Assembly: GCA_036339465.1 (NCBI GenBank)
Contig: JAYZAY010000043.1
Coordinates: forward strand, 2,833 to 66,832
Source: Myxococcota bacterium
Lineage (GTDB): Bacteria > Myxococcota > XYA12-FULL-58-9 > JABJBS01
DNA: 64,000 bases
Direction: 5' to 3'
Of this stretch, positions 50,193 to 60,810 are shown in pieces (the stretch's first letter is position 1; every line of letters starts with the position of its first letter). A program made the position numbers and the translations under genes. Below the pieces are notes generated by a model, which was given only the letters and a program-made list of their open reading frames with translations, was not told the DNA's origin and made no database searches.

Positions 50193-51620
50193 CTACGTTT
50201 TAGAAAGCAACTCTCGTAAACCTCCAAAACTCCCATTAGAAAACATAACAACAACATCCTCCCTCTCGGCGTGTCGTTGTAGATGCTTCACAATCAAGGC
50301 TGGTTCATCAATGCTCCAGGCATCCAATCCCGCTAAACACAAAGCCTCCGCCATCCCAACAGGACTGAACCTCTCCGCCTCGGGGATCTCCATAAGACGC
50401 TCATGGCTCGCAATCACGACACAATCGGCCCCCAAAAGAGCGTTCTGTAGTTCCCTTTCGAGTACATTGCGTCTCGCGGTCGCTGACCTCGGTTCATACA
50501 ACGCCCACAATCGTCGATTAGGCCACCGTTGTCTCGCCGCTTGCAAGGTCTCCTTGATGGCGGTGGGATGGTGTCCAAAATCGTCTACAACGATGACACC
50601 TGCCCCCCACGTAGCACAAACTTCCAGACGCCGACGCACCCCTGGGTAAGTCGCCAACCCCTCTCGTATCTCCACCTCTGAGAGACCTATTACTAAATGC
50701 ACCGCCACAGCGGCCAACACATTTTGCACCGCAAAGCGCCCCCATAGGGGAATGAAGAGATTTAAGAGCTCACGCCCCCTAAAATTGACATCAAAAAAAC
50801 AGCCCTCTTCGCTATAACGAATGCCCTTTCCATAACACTCAAAATCATCGGCATCGCTACCTTCTCCATATCGAACCACCGAAAACCCATAATGCGCCCC
50901 TTTAAGAAGACTTAAGGCTCTCTTTGCCCCCCCCCAAACCACCAAGCAACCGTTCTCAGGGATAACATCCCAAAGCTTCTTAAACGCATTCTCAACGGCG
51001 CCAACGTCGGAAAAAATATCGGCGTGGTCAAACTCCAAGCTGGTTAAAATCGCAATATCGGGGCGGTAGTGACGAAACTTGGGGCCTTTATCAAAAAACG
51101 ACGTATCGTATTCGTCCCCCTCCACAACAAATTGATTCCCCGAACCGAACTTAAAGGAATTCGGGTAGCCAACCAAAGCCCCTCCAACCAAATACGAAGG
51201 GTCCAAATTCGCCGCCTCCAATACATGGGATAAAATGGCTGTGGTCGTGGTTTTGCCATGGGTACCGGTGACCACAATACTTTGTCGTTCCCCAATACCA
51301 AATTGTGCAATGGCCTCAGGCATAGAGATATACGCAAGCCCCGCTTGGAGAACATGCTGTGCTTCGAGATTGGTTTTGCGAATAATGTTTCCAATGACCA
51401 CCAAATCCGGTGACGGATCTAAGTTTTTGACATCGTAACCGTTACAAACGCGAATACCCCACTCAGCAAGTTTTTCACTCATGGGGGGATACACATTTTC
51501 GTCGCTGCCCCAAACTTCAGCACCCCTGGATTTAAGTAGGCCGGCCAAGGATCCCATTCCGGTACCACATAGGCCCATACAATAGATTTTCTTACCTCTC
51601 ACGTCCGCACTTATTGTCAT
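50193..51620 (-). CDS. mpl: UDP-N-acetylmuramate:L-alanyl-gamma-D-glutamyl-meso-DAP ligase (murein peptide ligase)
   Basis: KIYCMGLCGTGMGSLAGLL..GAEVWGSDENVYPPMS, GTHGKTTTT, EGDEYDTSFFDK and LEFDHADIF closely match Mpl rather than MurC. Confidence 0.85.
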   Translation of the reverse strand: MTISADVRGKKIYCMGLCGTGMGSLAGLLKSRGAEVWGSDENVYPPMSEKLAEWGIRVCNGYDVKNLDPSPDLVVIGNIIRKTNLEAQHVLQAGLAYISMPEAIAQFGIGERQSIVVTGTHGKTTTTAILSHVLEAANLDPSYLVGGALVGYPNSFKFGSGNQFVVEGDEYDTSFFDKGPKFRHYRPDIAILTSLEFDHADIFSDVGAVENAFKKLWDVIPENGCLVVWGGAKRALSLLKGAHYGFSVVRYGEGSDADDFECYGKGIRYSEEGCFFDVNFRGRELLNLFIPLWGRFAVQNVLAAVAVHLVIGLSEVEIREGLATYPGVRRRLEVCATWGAGVIVVDDFGHHPTAIKETLQAARQRWPNRRLWALYEPRSATARRNVLERELQNALLGADCVVIASHERLMEIPEAERFSPVGMAEALCLAGLDAWSIDEPALIVKHLQRHAEREDVVVMFSNGSFGGLRELLSKT

Positions 51621-51656
51621 GACAAACCTTTCCGAGACAAAAACGAAGCACTCAAC

Positions 51657-52790
51657 CTATAACGACACCACCGACGCGGCCGCCTTAGAAATGAGTTCAT
51701 GGGCGCGAACTCTAAACTTTCTCATCCGGTCCCTTTTTCCTTCGGGACTGGGATGAACTGCATTTGTAAGAAGTATCATGGTCAATTCCGTACTCGGGTC
51801 AAACCAAATTGAAGTTCCCGTAAACCCCAAATGCCCAACCGTGTTTCGAGAAACCACATTACCTACCGTCGAGTCCCGAGCATCGGGGGTATCCCAAGCT
51901 AAAGTCCTCGTTGTGTTTCGAGGACGATTAGACCGAGTCCAAAATCTGCGAACCGTTCCACTATGAAAAAAAGAGTCCTCACCATTCCAAGACTTACGTA
52001 AAACCTCAGACAATTTCCATACACCATCGATGGTCCCAAAAAGTCCAGCGTGTCCAGCTACGCCATCCAATAACCACGCCTTGGGATCGTGAACTTCACC
52101 CACCAAGCGCTTACCCCTTAACGGACAATCTTCGGTCGCAACAAAACGACGTTTCACCAAGTTGCGTTTCTGTTTGAAGTCGCTCTGACGAACAAAAAAC
52201 AAATCCTCATCCAGCTCCAATGGACGCAGAAATGTTTGGTAGAAATAGACGTCTAAGGGCTGGTTCACAATTTTTTCGAGTATCCACCCAAGCACCATAA
52301 ATCCCACATCGGAATAACAAACTCTTGTACCCGGTGTCGCTACCAATGGTAACTCTTTCACCATCAATTTTATAGCTTCAGACGGATTGGACTGCTCAGA
52401 ACAATGTTTCCAAAAATCCGCATCCGCCGGCCAACCAGTGGTATGATCCAGCAGCATATCAATGGTAACGGCCTTAAAGCGGTCATCGCTAAAGATCGGC
52501 AGGCTTCCATGAATGGTGGCACCCAAATCCAAGCGGCCTCGTCCCGCCAAATGCAAGGCCACCAAACCAGCACCGAGTGGTTTGCTCAAGGAAGCGAGGT
52601 CAAATAGGTCGTCATATTTTAGCTTTTTGAGGGGCGGAGGGTCCTCCAAGCAACCATAGACATGACGATGAAAGATCTTTCCCCGAATTGAGGCCAAACA
52701 AGCAGCACCAGAAAAGACCTTCTCGCGCAGAGCGGTTTGAATGCAGCGATCAACTTCCGGGAGTGATTTCTCTTCTAAATTCAAACTCAA
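51657..52790 (-). CDS. Beta-lactamase-related serine hydrolase (class C/AmpH-like, penicillin-binding fold)
   Basis: SxxK motif FDLASLSKP. Confidence 0.8.
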   Translation of the reverse strand: MSLNLEEKSLPEVDRCIQTALREKVFSGAACLASIRGKIFHRHVYGCLEDPPPLKKLKYDDLFDLASLSKPLGAGLVALHLAGRGRLDLGATIHGSLPIFSDDRFKAVTIDMLLDHTTGWPADADFWKHCSEQSNPSEAIKLMVKELPLVATPGTRVCYSDVGFMVLGWILEKIVNQPLDVYFYQTFLRPLELDEDLFFVRQSDFKQKRNLVKRRFVATEDCPLRGKRLVGEVHDPKAWLLDGVAGHAGLFGTIDGVWKLSEVLRKSWNGEDSFFHSGTVRRFWTRSNRPRNTTRTLAWDTPDARDSTVGNVVSRNTVGHLGFTGTSIWFDPSTELTMILLTNAVHPSPEGKRDRMRKFRVRAHELISKAAASVVSL

Positions 52791-53692
52791 AATGAATCGT
52801 CCTCGTTGTAGACCACCAACCGATGTGCCCTACCATCTAAGTGGCCCCAAACACCCTGTCGAATGGCCCGAGACTCCGAATGATGCCCAATTTGTAACCC
52901 CTTCAAGATCGGCTTACCCAGCGCGCTCAGTAGTTCAACCATAAGCTCTCCGCCAGGAAGCTCATCTCGACTCGGCTCGCAATCTTTGAAATCCCCAAGA
53001 GCAAACCCCTCAACGCCTTCGAAAGCCCCCGAATGCCGTAGTTGTTGAAAGTTGCGATCTAAGCGATAAGGACTTTCGCCCACATCTTCAAGAACCAAGA
53101 TAGCACCACCGAGATTCGGCATCCAAGGTGTTCCAACCAAGGAAGCCAACACTGTGAGATTCGCCGTCAACACAAAACCTGAGGCTTGCCCTGGGGCGCC
53201 CGCCCCCACAAAATGCCCAGGATAAACCGATTCATCAATTTCTCGACGTACCAAACCATAAAGTTCTTCCCGAGCCTCGGGACTCCAGTCAGGTAAAGTC
53301 GAAATATTAGCGCCATGAATTGCGGGAAATCGCGCCTGCATCCAGAGAGCGTGAAGCGCGGTCACATCCGAAAAGCCCACCAACATCTTTTCTTGGTCCG
53401 GTCGCCAACCAGCACCGAGCTTAGCCAAAAGTCGGACGGCTCCATACCCCCCCCGCGCGGCCCAAATCACATCACAGGGCCCCGACAAGGCGGCATCAAA
53501 TGCGCCCTTTCTCGCAGTATCGTCCCCTGCAAGGTACCCATCTTTGGCATGGATCTGCCCCAGGCAATCTACGGAAAAATGACCAGCCTTCAATAGGGCC
53601 AATCCTGCATCCAGTCGAATCTCATTCACCACCCCACTGGGGGCAACAACACCTATCCTGGGATATTTCGAAAAGTGTTCACTCATATTCAT
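52787..53692 (-). CDS. ldcA: LD-carboxypeptidase (muramoyltetrapeptide carboxypeptidase, peptidase S66)
   Basis: PRIGVVAPSG N-terminal motif and S66 overall pattern. Overlaps the upstream gene's stop by 4 bp. Confidence 0.85.
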   Translation of the reverse strand: MNMSEHFSKYPRIGVVAPSGVVNEIRLDAGLALLKAGHFSVDCLGQIHAKDGYLAGDDTARKGAFDAALSGPCDVIWAARGGYGAVRLLAKLGAGWRPDQEKMLVGFSDVTALHALWMQARFPAIHGANISTLPDWSPEAREELYGLVRREIDESVYPGHFVGAGAPGQASGFVLTANLTVLASLVGTPWMPNLGGAILVLEDVGESPYRLDRNFQQLRHSGAFEGVEGFALGDFKDCEPSRDELPGGELMVELLSALGKPILKGLQIGHHSESRAIRQGVWGHLDGRAHRLVVYNEDDSF

Positions 53693-53851
53693 CACCAAGA
53701 CCCTTTTCTTATACGATAGAATGCCCAAAACCAAATCTCGTCTAGCCTAAGGCGACTTGGGTACCTCTCAATAAGACAAAATAGGGTCCTGAGGGAATAG
53801 AGTCTTTAGACCATTGACCCATGGCCAAGAGATAGCTAGGTACCCGTTTCT

Positions 53852-54688
53852 ATGTGGTTAAATATCATCATTATACAGTTGCTAACCCACGTTCCGATCG
53901 GTGCGACAAAAGTAGATCCAACCGCCCTGAGTCAAAGCGAGCAACAAGTCTTCAACTCAGTGCGCCAAGATACTTTTTGCAGTTGTACGAGCGCCATGAC
54001 TTTGGCCGGGTGCTCCGCTTTAAGACCGGATTGTCAAATTGCAACCCACCTCGACCAGATTATTTTTCGAGCAATTCAAGCCGGCAACACCCAGGATGAA
54101 TTGCTAAGTTTTCTCCCCGAACACGTCCTTGGACCATTCTGCAAAGCCCCCCAAAACGTCAGGCCCAAAAAGGCACCTAATTCAAAAGGTACGCTCAACG
54201 GGCGAGTTAAGATTTATGAATTCGCTGATTTCAGATGTGGACACTGTAAAAAAGCAGTAGAAAAGGTAAAAACCGCCTTAAAATCATATCCAAAGCAAGT
54301 AGAGTTCTCCTTTATTCCCTTCCCCTTAAACGACCATCCCGAATCTCTTGCAGCCGCCGAAGCTGTGATGGCGGCCGGAGAACAAAACAAATTTTGGGAA
54401 ATGCATGACGCACTCTTCAAAAATCAAAAAGCGGGTTTTAGAAAAACAGAAATTGATAAACTCGCTCGGAAACTTCACTTAAACCTTAAGAGTTTCAATA
54501 CTGCTCTGGCATCGGGAAAATACAAACGCCGACTTGAAGAGTTCAAAAAACTCGGGACAGATTTGGGCGTTCGGGGTACCCCAGCATTTTTCGTGAATGG
54601 GCGTTCCTTCCGACCCGTTCCTGGTGTTCTCCCACTAACAAAGCGAATCGCAATGGAATTAGACCGCAACGAGGATCAATGCCAATGA
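53852..54688 (+). CDS. DsbA-like thioredoxin-fold protein (CGHC active site)
   Basis: FADFRCGHCKKA, and C-terminal GTPAFFVNG. The N-terminal boundary is uncertain. Confidence 0.7.
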   Translation: MWLNIIIIQLLTHVPIGATKVDPTALSQSEQQVFNSVRQDTFCSCTSAMTLAGCSALRPDCQIATHLDQIIFRAIQAGNTQDELLSFLPEHVLGPFCKAPQNVRPKKAPNSKGTLNGRVKIYEFADFRCGHCKKAVEKVKTALKSYPKQVEFSFIPFPLNDHPESLAAAEAVMAAGEQNKFWEMHDALFKNQKAGFRKTEIDKLARKLHLNLKSFNTALASGKYKRRLEEFKKLGTDLGVRGTPAFFVNGRSFRPVPGVLPLTKRIAMELDRNEDQCQ

Positions 54689-55992
54689 AACAAACCATAT
54701 CTACCATGCTAACACTCATCGTCATCACCTGCTTCAGCCTACCGGCAAACGCACAAATTGGAATTGCCCGAAAGGGAAACAAACCGGTCAAACTTCGACA
54801 CGAAGTAGAAACCGAAAGCGTTGATTTTCGAGTCACGGTCACCCCAGGCGTGCCTGCGGTCGGCGAAACTGTAAAGATCGAGATTTCCGTCTCGCAAATT
54901 CTCCCGGAAACCGATGCGGTTTATGGCAACCGAAAACCTTTAGGTGACGCAAAAATGACGGGGATACTGGTAAGCCCCCCCCGCAGTAAAAGGAACAAGG
55001 GACAAGCAATTGCACGGCAGGGGCTCGCGTTGTCTGACGTCGGCAGCTACGGGATGACTTTTACCTCGAATATCGAAGGCGTTCACGCTCTCTATGTCCA
55101 AGGGCAAAGCCCAACCACAGGAAAAATAACGTTTCGAATTCCTGTTTCCTTCGGTGTCTGGCCGGTTTCCGAAACGCAAACCCAAAACCTACCAAGAAAA
55201 CCCAGGCGCGTACCGACAGCCACCTCCGGGGACCTGGTTCACGGTAAGACCCTCTGTAAGACATATTGTAACACCGGCCTCCCTTTCGCCTACCCAACCA
55301 CAAGCATACCAAGTTCTATCAACAGCGACACAGGCATTGCCCTCGGCGCAGGTGCACTCGTTAAAAAAATGCTCGGTGACTCTATCGGAGACCTGGGTGA
55401 AATTGAGCGAAATGACCTCGAGATTTTCCTAAATTCTCTCTTCGTTCCTCTCAAGTCCTTTTTTCCCGCTGTTGTACAGGTCATGCCCGCCTCGATGAAA
55501 CTTAATGAATATGCACTGCAACGGCTCGGTGAATCGGGCATCAAACTTCCCGAAGGTAAACAAGAAGCGGTGGTCTTTGTCGTCTACCGAGGCAATGAGA
55601 AATCGACAGCACCAGAGATAGTAGCCTTCGAGGACCGAATAGCCAGATCAGAGCTTTCCCGTAAAAACAAGATTGGCTATGTTGTCTTCTTCTACAACCC
55701 CAAGGATCCGGACGCATACGAAATTGGGTTCGGCCTCGGACTTGAACCGATTTATACCATTTCAAACATCACCGTACGAAAACAAAACGGGAAGTTAAAT
55801 CATAAACTCAACCGCGCCCTGCGTGCCTTCAAGCGCTCAGGTAGATTTAACAATGCCAGAAGTCTCAAAGGCGGTACCGCCTCACTACGAAGGAAGTTTA
55901 CTCCAATGTATCTTAAGGCAGCTGAATTTGCCACGATGTATTTTTCCGACGAAAGAGAGTTCTCAGCGTTTGACGCCGAGCTAGGAGAGTAA
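54679..55992 (+). CDS. Secreted hypothetical protein (437 aa)
   Basis: Signal peptide MKQTISTMLTLIVITCFSLPANAQ. Overlaps the DsbA-like gene's stop. Confidence 0.55.
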   Translation: MPMKQTISTMLTLIVITCFSLPANAQIGIARKGNKPVKLRHEVETESVDFRVTVTPGVPAVGETVKIEISVSQILPETDAVYGNRKPLGDAKMTGILVSPPRSKRNKGQAIARQGLALSDVGSYGMTFTSNIEGVHALYVQGQSPTTGKITFRIPVSFGVWPVSETQTQNLPRKPRRVPTATSGDLVHGKTLCKTYCNTGLPFAYPTTSIPSSINSDTGIALGAGALVKKMLGDSIGDLGEIERNDLEIFLNSLFVPLKSFFPAVVQVMPASMKLNEYALQRLGESGIKLPEGKQEAVVFVVYRGNEKSTAPEIVAFEDRIARSELSRKNKIGYVVFFYNPKDPDAYEIGFGLGLEPIYTISNITVRKQNGKLNHKLNRALRAFKRSGRFNNARSLKGGTASLRRKFTPMYLKAAEFATMYFSDEREFSAFDAELGE

Positions 55993-57267
55993 TTAAGGCC
56001 TCTTCACAAACGCTTCACGGTGTTGCAGTTCCACTACCGAAATCCTACGGGCATCGGCTTCCTTGACCGTTATAGTCAATTCTCCCCACTTTAAAACCGT
56101 TCCCGCTTCGGCTAGGTAACCGATTTTAGCGGTTACAAATCCAGCCAAAGTCTCGTAAGCAATATCATGAGGAAACTCAATACCAAGCGCTGCCTCAAGT
56201 TCATCTAAATCCACTCGGCCATCCGCCACAATCTTATTGTCTCCAACGACTCTAAATTGTCGTTCTTCCACATCATCTTCATCTTGAATATCCCCGACAA
56301 TTTCCTCAAGAATATCCTCCAAAGTAACAACGCCCGCTGTTCCACCATATTCATCAACGACGATCGCTAAGTGGGTTTTTCGTTTTTGAAAGTCTTTTAG
56401 AAGCTCGGAGATTTTCATAATTTCCGGGACATAAAAAACTGGCCGAAGTAAATTTTTAACTTGAAACTCTCCGTCCCCGTCTCGATCGGCTACGGAAAAC
56501 TCAGCTGCATAAAGTTTCTTCACGTGAAGAAGCCCCAAAATGTTGTCTATCGTACCATCATAAACGGGAATTCTTGAATGGCCTGCCTCCAGTACCACAG
56601 CTCGAACTTCATCTTCCGTAGCCGACATAGGAATCGCAATCATTTCTGTACGTGGCACCATGATTTCGAGAATGATGGTATCGGAAAACTCAATCATCGC
56701 CCTCAGTAGTTTCTTGGAATCGGCAGCAAGATCCTCTGTGGCCGCCGCGGACGAAACGCGCTCAAATTCCCCCGCCGTCCAGAAAAACACCCCATGCTTT
56801 TGCGGTAAGCAGTAGAAAGCCAACCGCCGTACCGGTGCAAGCACTGGCCAAGCAACAATGACGAGTCCACGCTGTAACCATCCCAATCTTGACTGCACGC
56901 CTTGGGACCGGCGCTTTGCCCAGCCACGAACAATCAGCTGGCAAAACAAAACCAGCACCCCAATGAAAAAACAGGTAAGGACACACCTCTGCAGCGAAAC
57001 AGGAGGCCAAAGTTCTTCCACCCCTTTCCAGGTAGATAAACCAATCACCATCACGCACAGCACTTCAAATAACTGAAGAGACGCTAGAGTGCGATCAGGC
57101 GTTAGAGCCCCCTCCCCCTCTGGTATTCGCAAGTCTTCAGATTGGTCTCTATAAAAGGAGTTGCTAGAAACTCCCAGAAGAGAGGTCTTCAAACCAACAA
57201 CAATAAGATAGGACAATATAGAAAGTGCGCTTAGGGTGCTCCAGAGCAACCATTCATCAGTACCCAA
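55993..57267 (-). CDS. CNNM/HlyC-CorC-family membrane protein (DUF21 + CBS pair + CorC_HlyC)
   Basis: N-terminal DUF21 TM domain, CBS pair, and C-terminal LEDILEEIVGDIQDEDD transporter-associated domain. Confidence 0.85.
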   Translation of the reverse strand: MGTDEWLLWSTLSALSILSYLIVVGLKTSLLGVSSNSFYRDQSEDLRIPEGEGALTPDRTLASLQLFEVLCVMVIGLSTWKGVEELWPPVSLQRCVLTCFFIGVLVLFCQLIVRGWAKRRSQGVQSRLGWLQRGLVIVAWPVLAPVRRLAFYCLPQKHGVFFWTAGEFERVSSAAATEDLAADSKKLLRAMIEFSDTIILEIMVPRTEMIAIPMSATEDEVRAVVLEAGHSRIPVYDGTIDNILGLLHVKKLYAAEFSVADRDGDGEFQVKNLLRPVFYVPEIMKISELLKDFQKRKTHLAIVVDEYGGTAGVVTLEDILEEIVGDIQDEDDVEERQFRVVGDNKIVADGRVDLDELEAALGIEFPHDIAYETLAGFVTAKIGYLAEAGTVLKWGELTITVKEADARRISVVELQHREAFVKRP

Positions 57268-57270
57268 AGA

Positions 57271-58071
57271 TCAATCTCCCGTTTGTCCCGTGTTAATCAA
57301 ATAGCTGGTATATTCGTGCGCTAAGAATGCCAAGACATTTAGGTCCTCAACAGAAAACGAAGAACCCGACCGCTTATTCACCAGCTCCAAAACCCCATAC
57401 GTTCGGCCAGTACGCTGAGCCGGAGTGCACAGGAGTGATTGCACCTCATAACCTACGCTTTCGGTTAACTCTGCAAAAAAACGTTCATCGCGACTCACAT
57501 CTGAAACCGCCAAAGCAACACCTTCCTGAGCACAAAAACCGGCAATCCCCTCACCAATGGGGATCCGAAAATCCATGATTTCCTCAGCTTTCGGGCCGCT
57601 TGCGGATAAAAAAGAAAGGTCTGCTTCATTAATATCCGCAATCAGCACCGCGCCAGATTCGACCGGGATAGATTCCACGGCCAGCTGTAAAATAAACTGG
57701 CTCGCATCCTGAAGAGAACTGCAAGTGTAGATGTCTTGAACTTTGCTGAAGAGCTCCCCAAGAATATCTTCAATAGGGCGCGCCTCTTCTTGTCGGCCCT
57801 GTAGGGTCTCGGTCTCCGCCTGGGCTTGAGACTCCGGCGTGATATTCGCCCCCATTTCTCGGATACGAAAAACGCGCCCACTTTTTGGATCCGTCACAGC
57901 CAGACTGCCATCATTGCGAACATCGCAGAGTAACGAACTTACGTCTGTGGAGTCCCCAAGTTTGGCTAAGCCAACCTTCAGAGCACCCATCCAGGTATCA
58001 CCCTTAACTTTACCGATTTTATTCTTCTGACCCTCTTCCCTGGCAGGAATGAGCAGTTCATAAACTGGCAT
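57271..58071 (-). CDS. GAF domain-containing protein
   Basis: C-terminal GAF-like region (IPIGEGIAGFCAQEGVALAVSDVSRDERF...YEVQSLLCTP...GVLELVN). Confidence 0.6.
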   Translation of the reverse strand: MPVYELLIPAREEGQKNKIGKVKGDTWMGALKVGLAKLGDSTDVSSLLCDVRNDGSLAVTDPKSGRVFRIREMGANITPESQAQAETETLQGRQEEARPIEDILGELFSKVQDIYTCSSLQDASQFILQLAVESIPVESGAVLIADINEADLSFLSASGPKAEEIMDFRIPIGEGIAGFCAQEGVALAVSDVSRDERFFAELTESVGYEVQSLLCTPAQRTGRTYGVLELVNKRSGSSFSVEDLNVLAFLAHEYTSYLINTGQTGD

Positions 58072-58173
58072 GGCCCCCTCCCCTTATGTGGTTTGAAAGG
58101 CCATAACACCACAAAACCGAAGCCGTGTCGAATAACTCCTGCAAAACCAAGAACGCCAATGGCCCGGTAGAAT

Positions 58174-58551
58174 CTAGTTCACGTTGGCTACGACCCAACC
58201 AAAGCCATAGAAGGTGATGATACAAGCAATAAGTCGAGGGATAATAGGGTCATAGCTTAACCGTCCCAAAAGACCTTTCATCGCATCAGCAAGCTCCTTG
58301 GGTAGGGTCGAATCTTGGAGGAGTAGATTGCCACAACCACGAACCGCCCTATAATTACCCGCTTCCACCAAAATAATTAATTTATCTAATCTTTGGGCGA
58401 GATCGCGCTCCACTTGAGATAGGGATTTGCGTTTAAGTAGCTCCCCAGTGCGAACCTTCAATTCCTTCAAGTTTCTTAATCTTTCCAGATCTTTTCCGAC
58501 CTCGATAAGTTTGCCGAAGACATCCCCCTGGCTCTTTTTGTTTTGCGACAT
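58174..58551 (-). CDS. Hypothetical protein with a C-terminal TM anchor (125 aa)
   Basis: An ORF 12 bp downstream of gcvH on the same strand. Confidence 0.4.
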   Translation of the reverse strand: MSQNKKSQGDVFGKLIEVGKDLERLRNLKELKVRTGELLKRKSLSQVERDLAQRLDKLIILVEAGNYRAVRGCGNLLLQDSTLPKELADAMKGLLGRLSYDPIIPRLIACIITFYGFGWVVANVN

Positions 58552-58563
58552 TCTGATCTCACC

Positions 58564-58938
58564 TCAACCCAACAAGGAGCCATAGGCATTAGCGTCCATG
58601 AGAGTGGTCATTTCATCCACATTCCCTATCTTCAATTTCAACATCCACCCACCGACGTATGGCTCCGAATTTATCAATTCAGGGGTATCCTCAAGCTGCG
58701 CATTAACTTCAACGACTTCACCAGAAATGGGAGAATAAAGGTCCGAGACCGCCTTGACCGATTCTACGGTACCAAAGGTATCCCCCACTTGGAAGGCGCT
58801 ACCAACTTCGGGCAATTCAACAAAGACCACATCACCCAATTGCTCCTGCGCATGATGGGTAATCCCCACCGTAACCAACTCACCCTCTTGTCTTAACCAC
58901 TCATGGTCTTTCGTGTATTTGAGTTCTTCTTGAATCAT
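58564..58938 (-). CDS. gcvH: Glycine cleavage system H protein
   Basis: Lipoyl-lysine motif TVESVKAVSDLYSPISGEV. 124 aa. Confidence 0.9.
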   Translation of the reverse strand: MIQEELKYTKDHEWLRQEGELVTVGITHHAQEQLGDVVFVELPEVGSAFQVGDTFGTVESVKAVSDLYSPISGEVVEVNAQLEDTPELINSEPYVGGWMLKLKIGNVDEMTTLMDANAYGSLLG

Positions 58939-60038
58939 TCATTCCCTCGTTTGTAGAAAGGTGTTTTTACTACTTCAGCCTTAAGCCATCGCCCCCGAAC
59001 CTCTACCTGGATCTGAGTTCCCGCCTTTGCATGTGCTCGGGCAACGTACCCCAACCCAATGCCATAGCCAAGACTTGGACTATGATTTCCACTCGTAACC
59101 ACGCCCTGAACTTCTTCGGCCACCCCCATGGGGTAATCCTTTCGAGCAATACCTCTATCGAGCATCTTAAAACCAATCAACCGGCGACTCGGCTTGGATT
59201 CCTTCACCCGGCGTAAGACCTCACAACCTTTGAAACTTCCTTTATCCAGCTTAACCACCCAGCCCAGGCCCGCCTCCATTGGATTGGTTTCGTCGGTAAT
59301 GTCATTACCGTAAAGGGCAAATTTCATTTCCAACCTCAAAGTATCCCTAGCCCCCAAGCCACAGGGACTCACCCCGAATTCCTCTCCTGCGTTTTCCAGA
59401 GCCTCCCAAATTGCAACCGCAGATTCCGGTCGACAGTATAGCTCGACCCCATCCTCGCCCGTATAGCCAGTCCGTGCGATACGGACAGTACCCCAGTCGT
59501 TCATATCCCTGTCCTGCCAATGAAAAGGCTTTAGAGTTTCAAGATCAATCATGTCCAATTTCTTCAGCAGGGCTTCGCTTTTCGGCCCCTGAACGGCAAT
59601 TTGTGCGTATTCTTCAGATACGTCTGTCAATTCACAGTCGTAGCCCCCACACACTTCGAGTAAATGGCTAAAATCTTCGTCACGTCGGGAGGCATTAATG
59701 CAAAGAAAAAAGCTTTCGGTGGACTCACGATACACGATTAAGTCGTCCACGATGCCACCGTCGTCCCGACACATAACCGTGTAGAGAGCCTGACCATCTT
59801 CCAGCCTAGACACGTCATTGGTGACCGCAAACTGCAACGCCTCCATGGCGCTAGGCCCACAAACAGTAACTTCCCCCATATGTGATACATCAAAGAGACC
59901 TATGCGCTCCCGAACCGCAACATGCTCCGCAATAACTCCTTCGTATTGGACTGGCATTTCAAAACCTGCGAAGGGAACAATTCGAGCTCCCCTAGCAACA
60001 TGGACATCATAGAGTGGCGTCTTCTTTAAATTTGTCAT
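58935..60038 (-). CDS. gcvT: Glycine cleavage system T protein (aminomethyltransferase)
   Basis: [52 protein letters not shown]. Start MTNLKK (60038). 4-bp overlap with gcvH. Confidence 0.9.
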   Translation of the reverse strand: MTNLKKTPLYDVHVARGARIVPFAGFEMPVQYEGVIAEHVAVRERIGLFDVSHMGEVTVCGPSAMEALQFAVTNDVSRLEDGQALYTVMCRDDGGIVDDLIVYRESTESFFLCINASRRDEDFSHLLEVCGGYDCELTDVSEEYAQIAVQGPKSEALLKKLDMIDLETLKPFHWQDRDMNDWGTVRIARTGYTGEDGVELYCRPESAVAIWEALENAGEEFGVSPCGLGARDTLRLEMKFALYGNDITDETNPMEAGLGWVVKLDKGSFKGCEVLRRVKESKPSRRLIGFKMLDRGIARKDYPMGVAEEVQGVVTSGNHSPSLGYGIGLGYVARAHAKAGTQIQVEVRGRWLKAEVVKTPFYKRGNE

Positions 60039-60212
60039 GGCGAGCAATCTTAATGTGATTGGCATGAAATTCAAGACCGAACGACCAAATTCTGCGCTCA
60101 AAGGTCTTTACTGCGTTCATCAAAAAGGTAGCACCGTCGTAGGACCTTCTTTCCCCTTCAAAGCCGTCTTTTTGAAATCGCGAATTTCTGGGCTCATAAC
60201 CTCCGGTCCCAC

Positions 60213-60809
60213 TTATCTCCGATGACCCTTCCAGGTTACGCCAACCTTTCCCCCCCCCGCGATGACCAGAGGCCCCTGCTTCAATCGTGAAGCGCTTGAT
60301 ATAACTGGTTCCAAAAACTCGATCTTATTTTTGCCCTTCGAATACAGTTCGATTCGCATTCCGGGATACCCAGCGGCAACCGCAATTTGGATAAAGTTGT
60401 CTTGGGTCTTCTGTCCGATAAAATACTCTGCCAAACCCAGTATTTCCACGCGTCCCGTGCTCCAATCACTCCCGCGACTCACCTCTAGCTTCAAAGCACT
60501 CAACTCCAACACTCGAGGCCCCAAACTCAATCGCACCCCGGCCTTAGCCTTTTGAAATAGTGCCGCCAATACCATTTTCTTTTCGGCATCGTTGAGTTGA
60601 CCATCTCGATTCAAATCATAGAGTTTCCCGAGCGACTGCGCACTTGCTCTCTTAGGTCTGTAGTTCCACAAACCAATCAAGACTCCGTCGTCCACCTGCA
60701 GCCTTAGCCCCCTTTTCTCCGAGGCTTTATGAGCAACCACAGACAACGGCGTAAAAAAGAGAAAAACGATGAACAAAGATGAGATAGAAAAAACACAAGT
60801 TCGACGCAT
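60213..60809 (-). CDS. Secreted hypothetical protein (198 aa)
   Basis: Signal peptide MRRTCVFSISSLFIVFLFFTPLSVVA. Abuts the upstream large gene (TAA-A-ATG). Confidence 0.5.
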   Translation of the reverse strand: MRRTCVFSISSLFIVFLFFTPLSVVAHKASEKRGLRLQVDDGVLIGLWNYRPKRASAQSLGKLYDLNRDGQLNDAEKKMVLAALFQKAKAGVRLSLGPRVLELSALKLEVSRGSDWSTGRVEILGLAEYFIGQKTQDNFIQIAVAAGYPGMRIELYSKGKNKIEFLEPVISSASRLKQGPLVIAGGGKVGVTWKGHRR

Positions 60810-60810
60810 T

